From positions 101,424 to 165,423 of IMG/VR virus record IMGVR_UViG_2531839014_000003: a DNA stretch of 64,000 bases; one strand, given 5' to 3'. Position 1 is the first letter of the stretch, and the number at the start of each line of letters is the position of its first letter. The translations under genes and the position numbers were made by a program. Positions 41,335 through 51,534 of this stretch are shown here, piece by piece. The stretch is from a virus (Duplodnaviria > Caudoviricetes). The notes beneath the pieces were generated by a model, which was not told the DNA's origin, made no database searches, and saw only the letters and a program-made list of their open reading frames with translations.

Positions 41335-41823
41335 ATGGGAACTGCTATATATTGTTACATAGTTAATCAATTTTATTTAGATTATCCTCACCTTAAGAAT
41401 ATACTGGATGAATTTGATGAATCTAAACATAATGTAAGAACCCATTTGTGCCTAAATCTAAAATATAACAATTGTAACGTATTAGTACCGCTAAGGAAGA
41501 AACTAGGTGAACCTGTAAGAGTATTCGGAAGAATAGGGTTTTCGGTTCCAAGTCAATCCAAGCCAAATGCTGGTTTAGATTATAGATATACAATGATAAT
41601 AAATAATCCAAAATATTTTAGATATGATATTCCACGAATAACGAACAAACAACAATTGATTATAAATGAAAATTATAATATAATTCAGAAACAAGTTATC
41701 GAGTATATTGATTCATATGTTAAAGTAGCAAATAAAGACAGAGTAGATAAAACCGCACGATTTCGAGTTTCTAGTTTAATAAATTTCAATTCTGAACTTA
41801 ACGTAAGGCTAAAGACACCTTAA
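41335..41823 (+). CDS. Type III TA toxin (ToxN/TenpN-like endoribonuclease)
   Basis: LVPLR, GLDY..MII motifs; repeats-terminator-toxin layout. Confidence 0.78.
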   Translation: MGTAIYCYIVNQFYLDYPHLKNILDEFDESKHNVRTHLCLNLKYNNCNVLVPLRKKLGEPVRVFGRIGFSVPSQSKPNAGLDYRYTMIINNPKYFRYDIPRITNKQQLIINENYNIIQKQVIEYIDSYVKVANKDRVDKTARFRVSSLINFNSELNVRLKTP

Positions 41824-41834
41824 CTGGTGTCTTT
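41811..41834. terminator. Bidirectional hairpin, boundary 3
   Basis: AAAGACACC-ttaact-GGTGTCTTT. Confidence 0.85.
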
Positions 41835-41847
41835 TTATGATTAATTT

Positions 41848-41910
41848 AAAATCACTTTTACAATTATTGCAATGCCATTGTTTACCAACTTTGCCCATAG
41901 CAAATACACC
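41848..41910 (-). pseudogene. Zn-ribbon gene 3' remnant 3
   Basis: GVFAMGKVGKQWHCNNCKSDF; homologous to remnant 1. Confidence 0.72.
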
Positions 41911-41930
41911 ATATCGTAGTACCACCTACT

Positions 41931-42659
41931 TTATTGGATTATTTTTACCACCACACCAATAATCTGATACTCATCGTTTGAGTAAGCTCTTCTATCATCT
42001 TCAATGCATTCTTCATTGTCGGATGAAAACCAAATACAATCCTCTCTGGGTTTATACCGTTTACAGAGTATATCGCCTTTAAAATTTGCTATTACAATTT
42101 CATTATCAAGATTGAATTCGTTGAATTTTGGATTAACCAGTACAAGTGCACCGTTTTGAATACCAGGTGACATACTTTCACCATTTATCCTGACTCCATA
42201 TACTGCTTCAGATGGAATATCGTCTGATACAATATCCTCCATTTGGTACTCGCCGTCTCTACCGAGTATACCTGCGCCGGCTGCGGCCTCTTGGTCATAA
42301 ACAGGAAAACGATAAATACTTTTACTATTTATTTGATTATCCGAAGTGTCTACAAAACCAAAAATAAAATCAACAATCCTTCTATTAGACATAGAAAGAT
42401 TATTGTAGGCATCTAAAATACGCTGATCTTCTTTTGATAAGGAATCAGCAATATATTTTAGCTCGTCTTTCATAAAATAGTGTGCATCTACCTTTAGCTT
42501 ATTACATATTTCGATAAAATCATTGTAAGTGGGCCTATTTTCCCTATTTTCGTAGGCAGATATGGTTTTTACACTGACATTTATAATTTGAGCCAATTCC
42601 TTTTGAGTAAGATTGTTCTTTTTTCGATATTCTTTTAGTCGGCTTCCAAAATCCATCAT
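41931..42659 (-). CDS. CI/LexA-like repressor (XRE HTH + S24 peptidase)
   Basis: HTH; AAAG cleavage site; GESM serine; CKR lysine. Confidence 0.9.
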   Translation of the reverse strand: MMDFGSRLKEYRKKNNLTQKELAQIINVSVKTISAYENRENRPTYNDFIEICNKLKVDAHYFMKDELKYIADSLSKEDQRILDAYNNLSMSNRRIVDFIFGFVDTSDNQINSKSIYRFPVYDQEAAAGAGILGRDGEYQMEDIVSDDIPSEAVYGVRINGESMSPGIQNGALVLVNPKFNEFNLDNEIVIANFKGDILCKRYKPREDCIWFSSDNEECIEDDRRAYSNDEYQIIGVVVKIIQ

Positions 42660-42707
42660 AATCTCCTGTCCGTATGGAATACTATTATTATAAGCTAATT
42701 AGAGAAT

Positions 42708-42789
42708 AAAGTCTATAAATAATATCCTTTATGTTGACATTCTATATTTAGTAGATTATAATAGTAAAAGTATATAATTTATAGACTTT
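42708..42789 (+). promoter_or_regulatory. Consensus sigma-A promoter flanked by 13-bp inverted operators
   Basis: TTGACA 42734, N17, TATAAT 42757; AAAGTCTATAAAT 42708 / ATTTATAGACTTT 42777. Confidence 0.8.
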
Positions 42790-42862
42790 ATTTTACATGG
42801 TAGGGGCATATTTAAATTGATTTACTTGGTATAATCTGGTAGAATGAAAGGAGTACGGAGGT

Positions 42863-44395
42863 ATGGGAATGTTAAAATCTATTAGTTTAGAAAATTATAA
42901 ATGTTTTAAAGATGAGACTACAATCGATATTGCCCCACTTACGGTATTGTGTGGGGCTAATAGTTCTGGAAAATCTTCTATATTAAAAAGTTTACTAACA
43001 CTAAAACAAAGTGTACAAAGCAATAATTCTGAAGACTATCTAACATTAAATGGCGAACTTGCTGATATTGGTAACTTTAATGATATAATGTCAAGATGTT
43101 CTAGTAATAATATATCAGATACATTTGAAGGTTTGCAATTAGAAGATATAAAATCTAAAGTAATTTCATTTGAAAACACTTTTAGAATTAACAACTATCG
43201 AAACAAAAATATTGGTAAATATATACCTTATCAAGATGCAGCTTCTTATAAAGAATTAAGAAGATTATATAATAAAGAGCATTCCCCAATTAATTCATTT
43301 GAAATAACACTGAAACTTAATATCTCTTTACCTGATGATGTAGCCGATGATTCTTTCTCAAAATTTATATATTCAAATCATTTAGTAAAATATAAAATCA
43401 ATATCAAACTTTTTGACATAAATAATTGTGAAATAACTAGGCGTTCTGGAGTTATCGAATATGAAAATAATATTTTACATTACGAAAACATACCAACCAA
43501 CAATTCTATTAGTGAAAAAGGACACTTGAAATGTAAATGTAGTTTTTCATCGTTGAAAATAAATAATATATATTCAAATTTTTTTGAAGACTATAAATCT
43601 GTATTATATAATATAATGGCTATATCAAAAATTGCCTCTAATCAATTTCTAGGTATTAATTACATTGCTCCTCTTAGAAATAATCCTGAACGTGATTATT
43701 TTATAAAAGGCAACTCAAATACTGTTGGAATTTATGGTGAATTTACACCTACAATAATTGCAAAAAATGTAAATGAGGATATTTCTACAGAAACTTTTCC
43801 TCCTATTTTTGAAGACTGTTTTTTAAAACATGATATGGAGTCTATAAACTTTTTCCATCTCCTATTGCAGTGGACTGATTATTTCAATTTTGGTTCATTG
43901 ACTCTTAATGGTACAAATGGGCATATTGATTTAAAAATTGGAGAGCAAAATATTGTTGATGTCGGGTTTGGTGTTAGTCAAGTATTACCAATAATAGTAC
44001 AAGGACTTATTATGGATAAAGAGCAGTCTTTATTATTAGAGCAACCAGAGATACATCTACACCCAAAATTACAAATGAGAATAGCAGATTTTTTTATTGC
44101 AATGGCACAGTCAGGGAGAAGTTTAATTATTGAAACACATAGTGACCATATAATAAATCGTATAGTTAGAAGAATACTTGAAGATAATACTAACACGATA
44201 AATGATTTAGTTCATATATATTATTTAGAAAAGGAAAATAAATTTGAGCAAACAAAAATAACTCCCATTAAAATTGATTCCTGTCGTGGTATTATCGATT
44301 GGCCTGACGGGTTCTTTGACCAATTTCCGAATGAACAGGAAAAAATCATACGTGCTGGTATAGAAAAAAGAAGATATCTTCGTGAAAAAATCTAA
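42863..44395 (+). CDS. ABC-type ATPase (AAA_15/21 + DUF3696-like)
   Basis: GANSSGKS, VGFG, LLLEQPEIHLHP, ETHS, WPDGFFDQ. Confidence 0.88.
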   Translation: MGMLKSISLENYKCFKDETTIDIAPLTVLCGANSSGKSSILKSLLTLKQSVQSNNSEDYLTLNGELADIGNFNDIMSRCSSNNISDTFEGLQLEDIKSKVISFENTFRINNYRNKNIGKYIPYQDAASYKELRRLYNKEHSPINSFEITLKLNISLPDDVADDSFSKFIYSNHLVKYKINIKLFDINNCEITRRSGVIEYENNILHYENIPTNNSISEKGHLKCKCSFSSLKINNIYSNFFEDYKSVLYNIMAISKIASNQFLGINYIAPLRNNPERDYFIKGNSNTVGIYGEFTPTIIAKNVNEDISTETFPPIFEDCFLKHDMESINFFHLLLQWTDYFNFGSLTLNGTNGHIDLKIGEQNIVDVGFGVSQVLPIIVQGLIMDKEQSLLLEQPEIHLHPKLQMRIADFFIAMAQSGRSLIIETHSDHIINRIVRRILEDNTNTINDLVHIYYLEKENKFEQTKITPIKIDSCRGIIDWPDGFFDQFPNEQEKIIRAGIEKRRYLREKI

Positions 44396-44410
44396 GGTGG
44401 ATTAATTTCT

Positions 44411-45298
44411 ATGAATTTAATTTTCGAACCTGATAAACTATTTACAACTATTGAAGTATGGAATAATGAAGTAGAACGGGATACATTTTTAAGCTCATTA
44501 TTAGATGTCTTAGATTATGTAAATAACCATGATGATATTTACATTTTATGGAATGATGAAATTGCTTCTTTATTGTGGGAAACAAATATACATCCCTGGA
44601 AATTAGATAAAAGTTTCTATAAATCAATTATGCCTAGTATTTCTCATATATTATATAAAAACACACTAGAAATATCGTTAGAAACTTTTGACCATGTAAT
44701 GGAATGTAATCCAGATTTTACAATAGATATTGCAGATATACACATCAAAGAGAATTTTTATCACATGTTGCACCAGGTTATTCATAATAACGAGGTGCCA
44801 AATATTTTGGTTACAAGTAAAAATGATAAAGAATTTAATTTGATTTGTTTCAATGTAGAAGATTCTATTATACCGTTAGTTTTTACCAATTTGACAAATG
44901 ATTTCGTGATTGATAATGAATTTGACAAGGCGTGGGGTAGCCTTTCATCATCTTGTATTATAGAATTAATTAATAAAGTACATAACGAAATGTACTATAC
45001 AGATAAAGTATATCTGTATGATTTTTGTTTTGATTCAAAATTTATTAAAGATATAAAATCTATTAACTCAACAAAATTAAGAATAAAAATCATAACTCAG
45101 ATAATTAAAAAACTAGTGTTTTCATTTACAATCACTCAAAATGATAAATCGTTAGATGATGAAATGATAGGTGAATTTACAGGTAGATTTAGAATATCTC
45201 AAGGAAAACGAATAGAATATATTTATCAAAATAATCAAATTATATTCACACGTTACTATTCTGAAAGCCAGCATGATGAAGGAATACGGCATACATAA
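44411..45298 (+). CDS. Putative effector with C-terminal RelE-like domain
   Basis: FDSKFIKD...RFRISQGKRIEY...HD; operonic with ATPase. Confidence 0.45.
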   Translation: MNLIFEPDKLFTTIEVWNNEVERDTFLSSLLDVLDYVNNHDDIYILWNDEIASLLWETNIHPWKLDKSFYKSIMPSISHILYKNTLEISLETFDHVMECNPDFTIDIADIHIKENFYHMLHQVIHNNEVPNILVTSKNDKEFNLICFNVEDSIIPLVFTNLTNDFVIDNEFDKAWGSLSSSCIIELINKVHNEMYYTDKVYLYDFCFDSKFIKDIKSINSTKLRIKIITQIIKKLVFSFTITQNDKSLDDEMIGEFTGRFRISQGKRIEYIYQNNQIIFTRYYSESQHDEGIRHT

Positions 45299-45322
45299 AA
45301 GACACCAAATTAAGGTGTCTTT
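45298..45322. terminator. Bidirectional hairpin, boundary 4
   Basis: AAAGACACC-aaattaa-GGTGTCTTT. Confidence 0.85.
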
Positions 45323-45325
45323 TAT

Positions 45326-45760
45326 TTACCACTTAGCTCCGCAATTTTTACATTTCATTGTATTTCTAACATCGCTGCTAAATAATCCAAACATGGCACC
45401 TCCAAACGCTTTCTTAGTCATTGAAATTTTCTCTATGTTTGTTGAACCGCAAGTTGGACACTTTGGTGTATTATCAATCTTCTGCTTTAATGGAAGGTTG
45501 ATAACACTTGGTATTTCTTTTTCCTGTATAATTTTTTCTACTACTGGTTTTACATGAACTATATCGCTTTTACTAATCTGAATTAAATCTCTTACTTTAT
45601 ATAAAACACTGTATGACTCGTCTAATAAAAAAGATAAATCGTAATCAGTACCATTTACTTTACATATGTTGTTATTATTAATTGGATATCCGCAATGTAT
45701 ACATTTATCTGATTTATCAGAAACCTCTTTACCACATTCTGGGCAATGAATTAGTGACAT
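45326..45760 (-). CDS. Double zinc-ribbon protein
   Basis: GGAGGAG SD, ATG 45760; CPECG, CIHCG, CPTCG, CKNCG. Confidence 0.85.
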   Translation of the reverse strand: MSLIHCPECGKEVSDKSDKCIHCGYPINNNNICKVNGTDYDLSFLLDESYSVLYKVRDLIQISKSDIVHVKPVVEKIIQEKEIPSVINLPLKQKIDNTPKCPTCGSTNIEKISMTKKAFGGAMFGLFSSDVRNTMKCKNCGAKW

Positions 45761-45829
45761 ATAATACTCCTCCAATATAATTATATTGTTCCAAGCTCTA
45801 TATTTATATTTTATCAGAATTTACAATCG

Positions 45830-48800
45830 TTGTAAACAATGACGCTGATAAAGGCTGGACTACTATATTTAGCAAATTCAAAAAAGAAATTCCTGAAATA
45901 AGTTCAGAAGTTAAGGAATTTATTGATTTACTGAATTCCGACCCAAATAGTAAATTGTGGAAAACTGATGAATTAATAAATTTTGCAAAAGAATGCAAAG
46001 TAACAGATAATGATTTTATTAAGTTCCTATCAACTGCCGACACATCTGGCGATTTAATGGTACAGTATCAGAAACACTTGCAATCCGCTTCCACCGCTAC
46101 ATCCAAATTCGGTGCAGCCCTAAAATCAGCCGCCGCTAATATTGGTATTATGTTGGCAATAAATGTTGGAATATGGGCCGCTGGTAAAGCTTGGGACTAC
46201 TTTGTTAACCGTGTTGAAAATCTCAGAAAAGCAGCTGAAGAATCTGCAAAAAAGTATTCTGATTTAGAGACAGAAATCAGTTCCATTAATTCAGAATTAG
46301 AATCTACGAGTAAACGTATTGATGAATTAAATAAGAAAGAGCATCTTACATTTGTTGAACAGGATGAACTTCAAAAGCTCAAAGAAACTAATGAGGAATT
46401 AGAACGCCAATTAGGAAACCGAAAAGCTTTAGCTAATGTTGCCAAGCAAGATGCGAACGAAAGGGCAAAGGAATATTTTGACAGTCAAGGTTCCGGAACA
46501 AGATATGCTGGTTGGGATATGTCACAAGTTGAAGTTGGAAATACCACATATGGTCAGGCCATTCCAGACATGTATTTTGGAAATCAGCTTGAAGTAGCCA
46601 AACAGAAATTAGATGACTATGAAAACCTACTTCAGCAAAAGGCAGATGTTGAAAAACGCTTATCAGATTACCAGGTGTCCAATCCAACAAATTATGAAAA
46701 ATCAGACGAATACCAAAATATAGTCTTAGAATCAAACGCAATTAGCAATGCTCTTGATGTACTAAAAAAGAGTCTTACTGATTCCATAACAGACTTCGAT
46801 AAATTTGATGACAGTTTAGATTTGGAGAATGATAAAGCTTATATTGATTCACTAAAAGAAATTTCCGATGGATATCAGAATTTATTTGGTGGAGGAAAAT
46901 CTGCAACCCAATCCTTTGACGACATCTGGAACGCTGATACATTCTCCAAAGCACGAAAAGAACTCGAATCAATGGCTCAGGCCGGAACCCTCTCCCCTGC
47001 AACTTTAAGCAATAACGAAACCTATAACCAGCTGTTAAAAGAAACAGGGAAAACTGCTGAGGAAACCTGCGAAAATATTTATGCCTTAGTTGAAGCCGAA
47101 AAATCAGCAAGTAATGTTGCTAAGTCAAGTTCTTTCACTGATATCTTCTCTTCTCTTCCAACCGATAAGCTTGAGGAATATATTGCCCTTGTTAAAGATG
47201 GAGTAATTGACGAAAAGACGATTGGAAACTATGAAGAGTTATCCAAAGCAATGTCCCAAACTGGAACATCTGCGGAAGAAGCAATCAAGGCAATCAAAGC
47301 TTATTCAGAAGGTTTTAAATCCTCAACTGAACTTACACAACACATCCAGGAATCCTATGACCTTCTTACAAAGATACAAAAGGAAGTTGATAAGACAAAA
47401 CAGGTTAGTCTAGATTCCTTAAACTCTATTGCCAAACAATATCCAGAACTTACAACTGCAACAGCGGAATATGCCCAAGGTCTTATTTCAACAGCAGACT
47501 TAATGGCCTTGTTAGAACAGGCGTATAACAATGATGCAAATGCCTTCAGAACTGCTATGGCTGCAAAACTTGATGGTAATGAAGTATTCTTTAACACCAT
47601 TAAGCAGAATAACGAGGGGTTATTTACTGCTCTGGCTAAAGCGTATGGCGTCGATGTTGGCAACTGGAAATCCATGGCTCAAGCCAAAGCTGAAATAGAC
47701 CAAGCATTAATACAGAAACTTGGAGCTGCATGGGGACAATATTATGGTGTTGTAATTGACCAGGCAACAGGTCTTGCATCTCTGATTAATAAGACTCCAA
47801 CGACTGGCTTAACAGCAGAACAGAGTGTTGACCTAATAGTTGCACGTACAAATGCAGAGTCAATAGTTAGTTCTTTTAACCATGCTAAAGAGGCAATGGA
47901 CAAAGCGGCACAGATTGAAGTTAACTTGCCTAATTTTGGTGGTATTGGTGGCAAATCCGGTTCCGGAGGCTCCAAAGGTTCCAAAGATAAAGAGCCTACT
48001 GAATTTGACTGGATGGAACAGAAAATCACCAATCTTGATTCCCAAGTAGATAAGCTCAAAACAAATATAGAATCTCTTGTCGGCTACAGGAACAAGAACT
48101 CCATGACCCATACTGCTATTGATGTACTGACGGAAAAGATGACAGTCCTTCAACAGATGCATGATGAGTATATGAAAAAGGCAGGTGGACTTGGCTTATC
48201 CCAGGAGTATATTGATAAGATTCAGAATGGCACTATTGAGATAGAAACAATCAGTGACGAAAATCTTGCGAAGGTCATTAAGGAATATCAAGACCTGTAT
48301 GGCAAAGCCAGTGATGCGAATAAACGGATTCTTGAAACTAAAGATGTTATCCATAACCTCAATTTATCCAAATTGGATCATATCATAAACCAATTTGAAC
48401 AGATGACGGATATCCAGTCTAAAATGATTGATACCGAAAAGCAGCTTATAGATTTACGTGAAAAATCCGGAGAAGAAATCTATGCTGATGACTATATCTC
48501 ACTTGCTGGTAAACAGTTAAAGCTAACTCGCCAGAATGCAGATGCTTATAACACTCTCGCTGCTGAAATGGAAAGTATGGATTTACAGGAAGGTACGGAA
48601 GAATGGAAGAAATATAACGACCAGTTACAAGAATACAAGAACAATATGATTTCTGCTGCGGATGCCATAGAGCAATATAAAGATTCAATGACGGATTTAG
48701 TCTATAAGGGTCTTAGAGACTTTACAAATACAATGGATTCCATCAATGGAACCATCAGTACAATGAATGACTTAATCGGAAACACTAATCTTGTTAATGA

Positions 48801-50472
48801 ATTTGGAAGTTTAACAGACCGTGGATTGGCCCAAGTTGCTTTATATGCCCATCAGATGTCGAACGCAAAACAGGAAGCTGCTGAATATGCAGAAGCTATC
48901 AATTCGCTCGACGATGCTTTAGATAGCGGATTAATCACTCAGGATGAATACAACTCAATGCTCCAGGAGTACACTTCTGCCCAGGAAAGCGCCGTAAAAT
49001 CAAGTAAAGAAGCCATGGATGCAATTCTTACTCTTGCCAAAGAAGGTATACAAGCTGAAATCGATGCGAAGAAAAGGCTGATTGACGAGACTAAAGCGGC
49101 TCTTGATGCCGAAAAAGATTTGCATGATTATCAGAAATCAATTACCGAGAAACAGGACAATATTTCAAGGTTGGAACGTCAAATTGCAGCCTTAAGTAAT
49201 TCCACCAATCGTAATGACATAGCCCAGAGATTACAGCTACAAAGTCAATTGGCAGACGCAAAAGAAGAATTATATGAACTACAGTATGACCATGAAATTG
49301 AGCAGCGTAAAAATGCTCTGGATGATGAGTATAATGCGTTTGAAGAATCCAAACAAAAGGAATCTGAAGAACTTGATACAAATCTGGATGCACAGAATGC
49401 AGCTATCAACAAATATCTTGACCAGGTAAAAAACAACTACTCTACTGTCTACGGAGTCCTGACCCAGTATGGAGATGAATATAGTCTAGCGGCTATTGAG
49501 GACCTTACCAAACCATGGGAATCTGGAAGTGAAGCAGCTGATTTATGTGCAAACGCAATTGGCGATGCAGTAGCAAATATCCAGTATGAAATTGATGGTC
49601 TTGACTTTAGTCCGCTTTATGAACTGGTAGATTTACTCAATCAGATCGGAATGGGTGGATACGGTGGTGGTTCTTCTGGTTACGAAGATGTAACTGACCA
49701 AGGAAGATGGCAGAAAGGCAAGGGTGGAAAATGGTGGTATGGAAACTCTAATGATGATTATGTCTCAGGAGATATTTATACCATTAATGGAAAACAGTAT
49801 GGCTTTGATGATAATGGATATATGGTGACAGGATGGCGTGACGACTTTGGAGATTGGCGATACTTTGAACCAGAGAATGGTGAAATGGTTAAATCCCAGT
49901 GGCGCAAGTCCCGCGATAATCAATGGTATTATCTTGATAAAGATGGTATCATGGCTACCGATATGGCTGTTAAGGCTAGGGAAAAGGATGGATATTATTA
50001 TCTTGATGATGATGGCAGGTGGGATGGAGATACATTAACTGCTGAGCAGGTTAGAAAACTTGGATATACAATTGGGTATAAAAATGGTACAAAACGTATT
50101 TCTCATGACCAGCTTGCGTGGACTCAGGAAAACAAACCTGAACTAATTACACGTCCAAGTGACGGAGCTTTATTGACTCCACTGAAATTAGGCGATGGCG
50201 TAATAAATGGGGATTTGACTCAGAACCTTTTAGATATCGCTGGAAATCCGAATAGATTTGTTGAAGATATTGTCGCTCGGTCGATGCCTAATTATAAGAT
50301 ACCAGAATTTGATATAGTGCGGAATCAACCCGTGGCAATTAATTCCCCTCTTGTACAAATTGACGGTACTGGTCTGTCCGCTAGTGAAGTCTCTGCAATC
50401 ATAAAGAATGAAACCCGTGATATTGATAAACGGGTTGCCAAAAGTATTAGATATGAACTGATGGGTAAATAA
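45830..50472 (+). CDS. Tape measure protein, exon 2, with cell-wall-binding repeats near C-terminus
   Basis: Frame open from 45781 with no SD/ATG; coiled coil; WWY/YGFD/WYYLD repeats. Confidence 0.85.
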
Positions 50473-50748
50473 ATTTTAAGGCACTCAGAAATGGGCGCCT
50501 TAATCAATGAGGTGAAAACGTGTACAATCGTAATATAGTATTAAAAAATTTAAAAGAGTGGATTGAGTATTGCAATAAAATACAGTCTAATTCAGAAAAA
50601 CCATACAGTGAAGATATAATTGAGAAGATTTTTTCATTACCATTTGAATTTGACACTATCCCAATTTAATCCCAGCTTTATTGAGTTGCTTCTTAAAATT
50701 ATCAAAGAATTAAAATATTTGGCCGTTATTAAGAAAGGATGTGATAAA

Positions 50749-51534
50749 ATGTTTGACAGATTTATTTTTGATAATATCCCCTGTAATGAATACGGGGTAA
50801 CATGTGTTTCTTTTTCATCTCCTGGAATGGAAACCATATCAGCACAAGAATCTGAACTAGAAACCGAAAAATCTATCAGAGGGGATATATTTCATATTAC
50901 ATCCCATGAATATACAAAACCATTAACGTTTACCATACAAATTGTAAATAAAGACTTCTCTCCAATTTCTGCCATCCAAGAACGTGCATTGAAAAAGTGG
51001 ATGTGTCAAAGAGGAAAATACAAGCCATTTTGTATTTATGATAAACGATATGCGGATACATGGTTCTTCGCCAATATTAATAATCCTAAATCTATTTACA
51101 TTTGTGACACTGTTGGATTGGAATTTACTGTAACGACTAATGCTCCATTTGGGTTTTCCGACATACGAGATAAGAGATGGATATTGGAAGGAAATGACAC
51201 TATTAAAGATTTATACGTAGACAATGATGAGGAGTTACCAATTTATCCTACACTGACTATAACACTAAATGAATCTGGTACACTTAATTTGTCAAATCAA
51301 ACCTTAACAGATGCCCCAAATACTCTTACCGTCAATAATTGCATTGCCAATGAAGTTCTTACCTTGGAATGTGGATATCCACATATCTCATCTTCTATCC
51401 CTTCCCATAAAATCTTTGATGATTTTAACAAATTCTGGCCATACTTAGTTGACGGCTATAATAAAATCACTGTGGATAAACCATGCACTGTTGAATTACA
51501 ATATCGTGAATACAGAAGGGTAGGTATTGTATAA
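50749..51534 (+). CDS. Distal tail protein (Dit)
   Basis: Follows TMP; TTNAPFG, LVDGYNKI. Confidence 0.78.
   Translation: MFDRFIFDNIPCNEYGVTCVSFSSPGMETISAQESELETEKSIRGDIFHITSHEYTKPLTFTIQIVNKDFSPISAIQERALKKWMCQRGKYKPFCIYDKRYADTWFFANINNPKSIYICDTVGLEFTVTTNAPFGFSDIRDKRWILEGNDTIKDLYVDNDEELPIYPTLTITLNESGTLNLSNQTLTDAPNTLTVNNCIANEVLTLECGYPHISSSIPSHKIFDDFNKFWPYLVDGYNKITVDKPCTVELQYREYRRVGIV

Larger units (their letters stand above)
38102..45829 (+). mobile_element. Giant group I intron (7,728 nt) with gene cargo
   Basis: P1 U38101.G38131; P10 38116-38130 vs 45830-45844 (14/15); terminal G45829; in-frame exon join. Confidence 0.82.

Noticed and set aside
38090-45845. TMP interruption removed by DNA excision (skin-like element or transposon)
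   Set aside because: No direct or terminal repeats seen at the junctions and no recombinase or transposase in the insert; RNA pairings explain both borders
45955-50472. Independent 1505-aa gene starting at TTG 45955
   Set aside because: No SD; frame is open from 45781 and joins exon 1 at the predicted splice site
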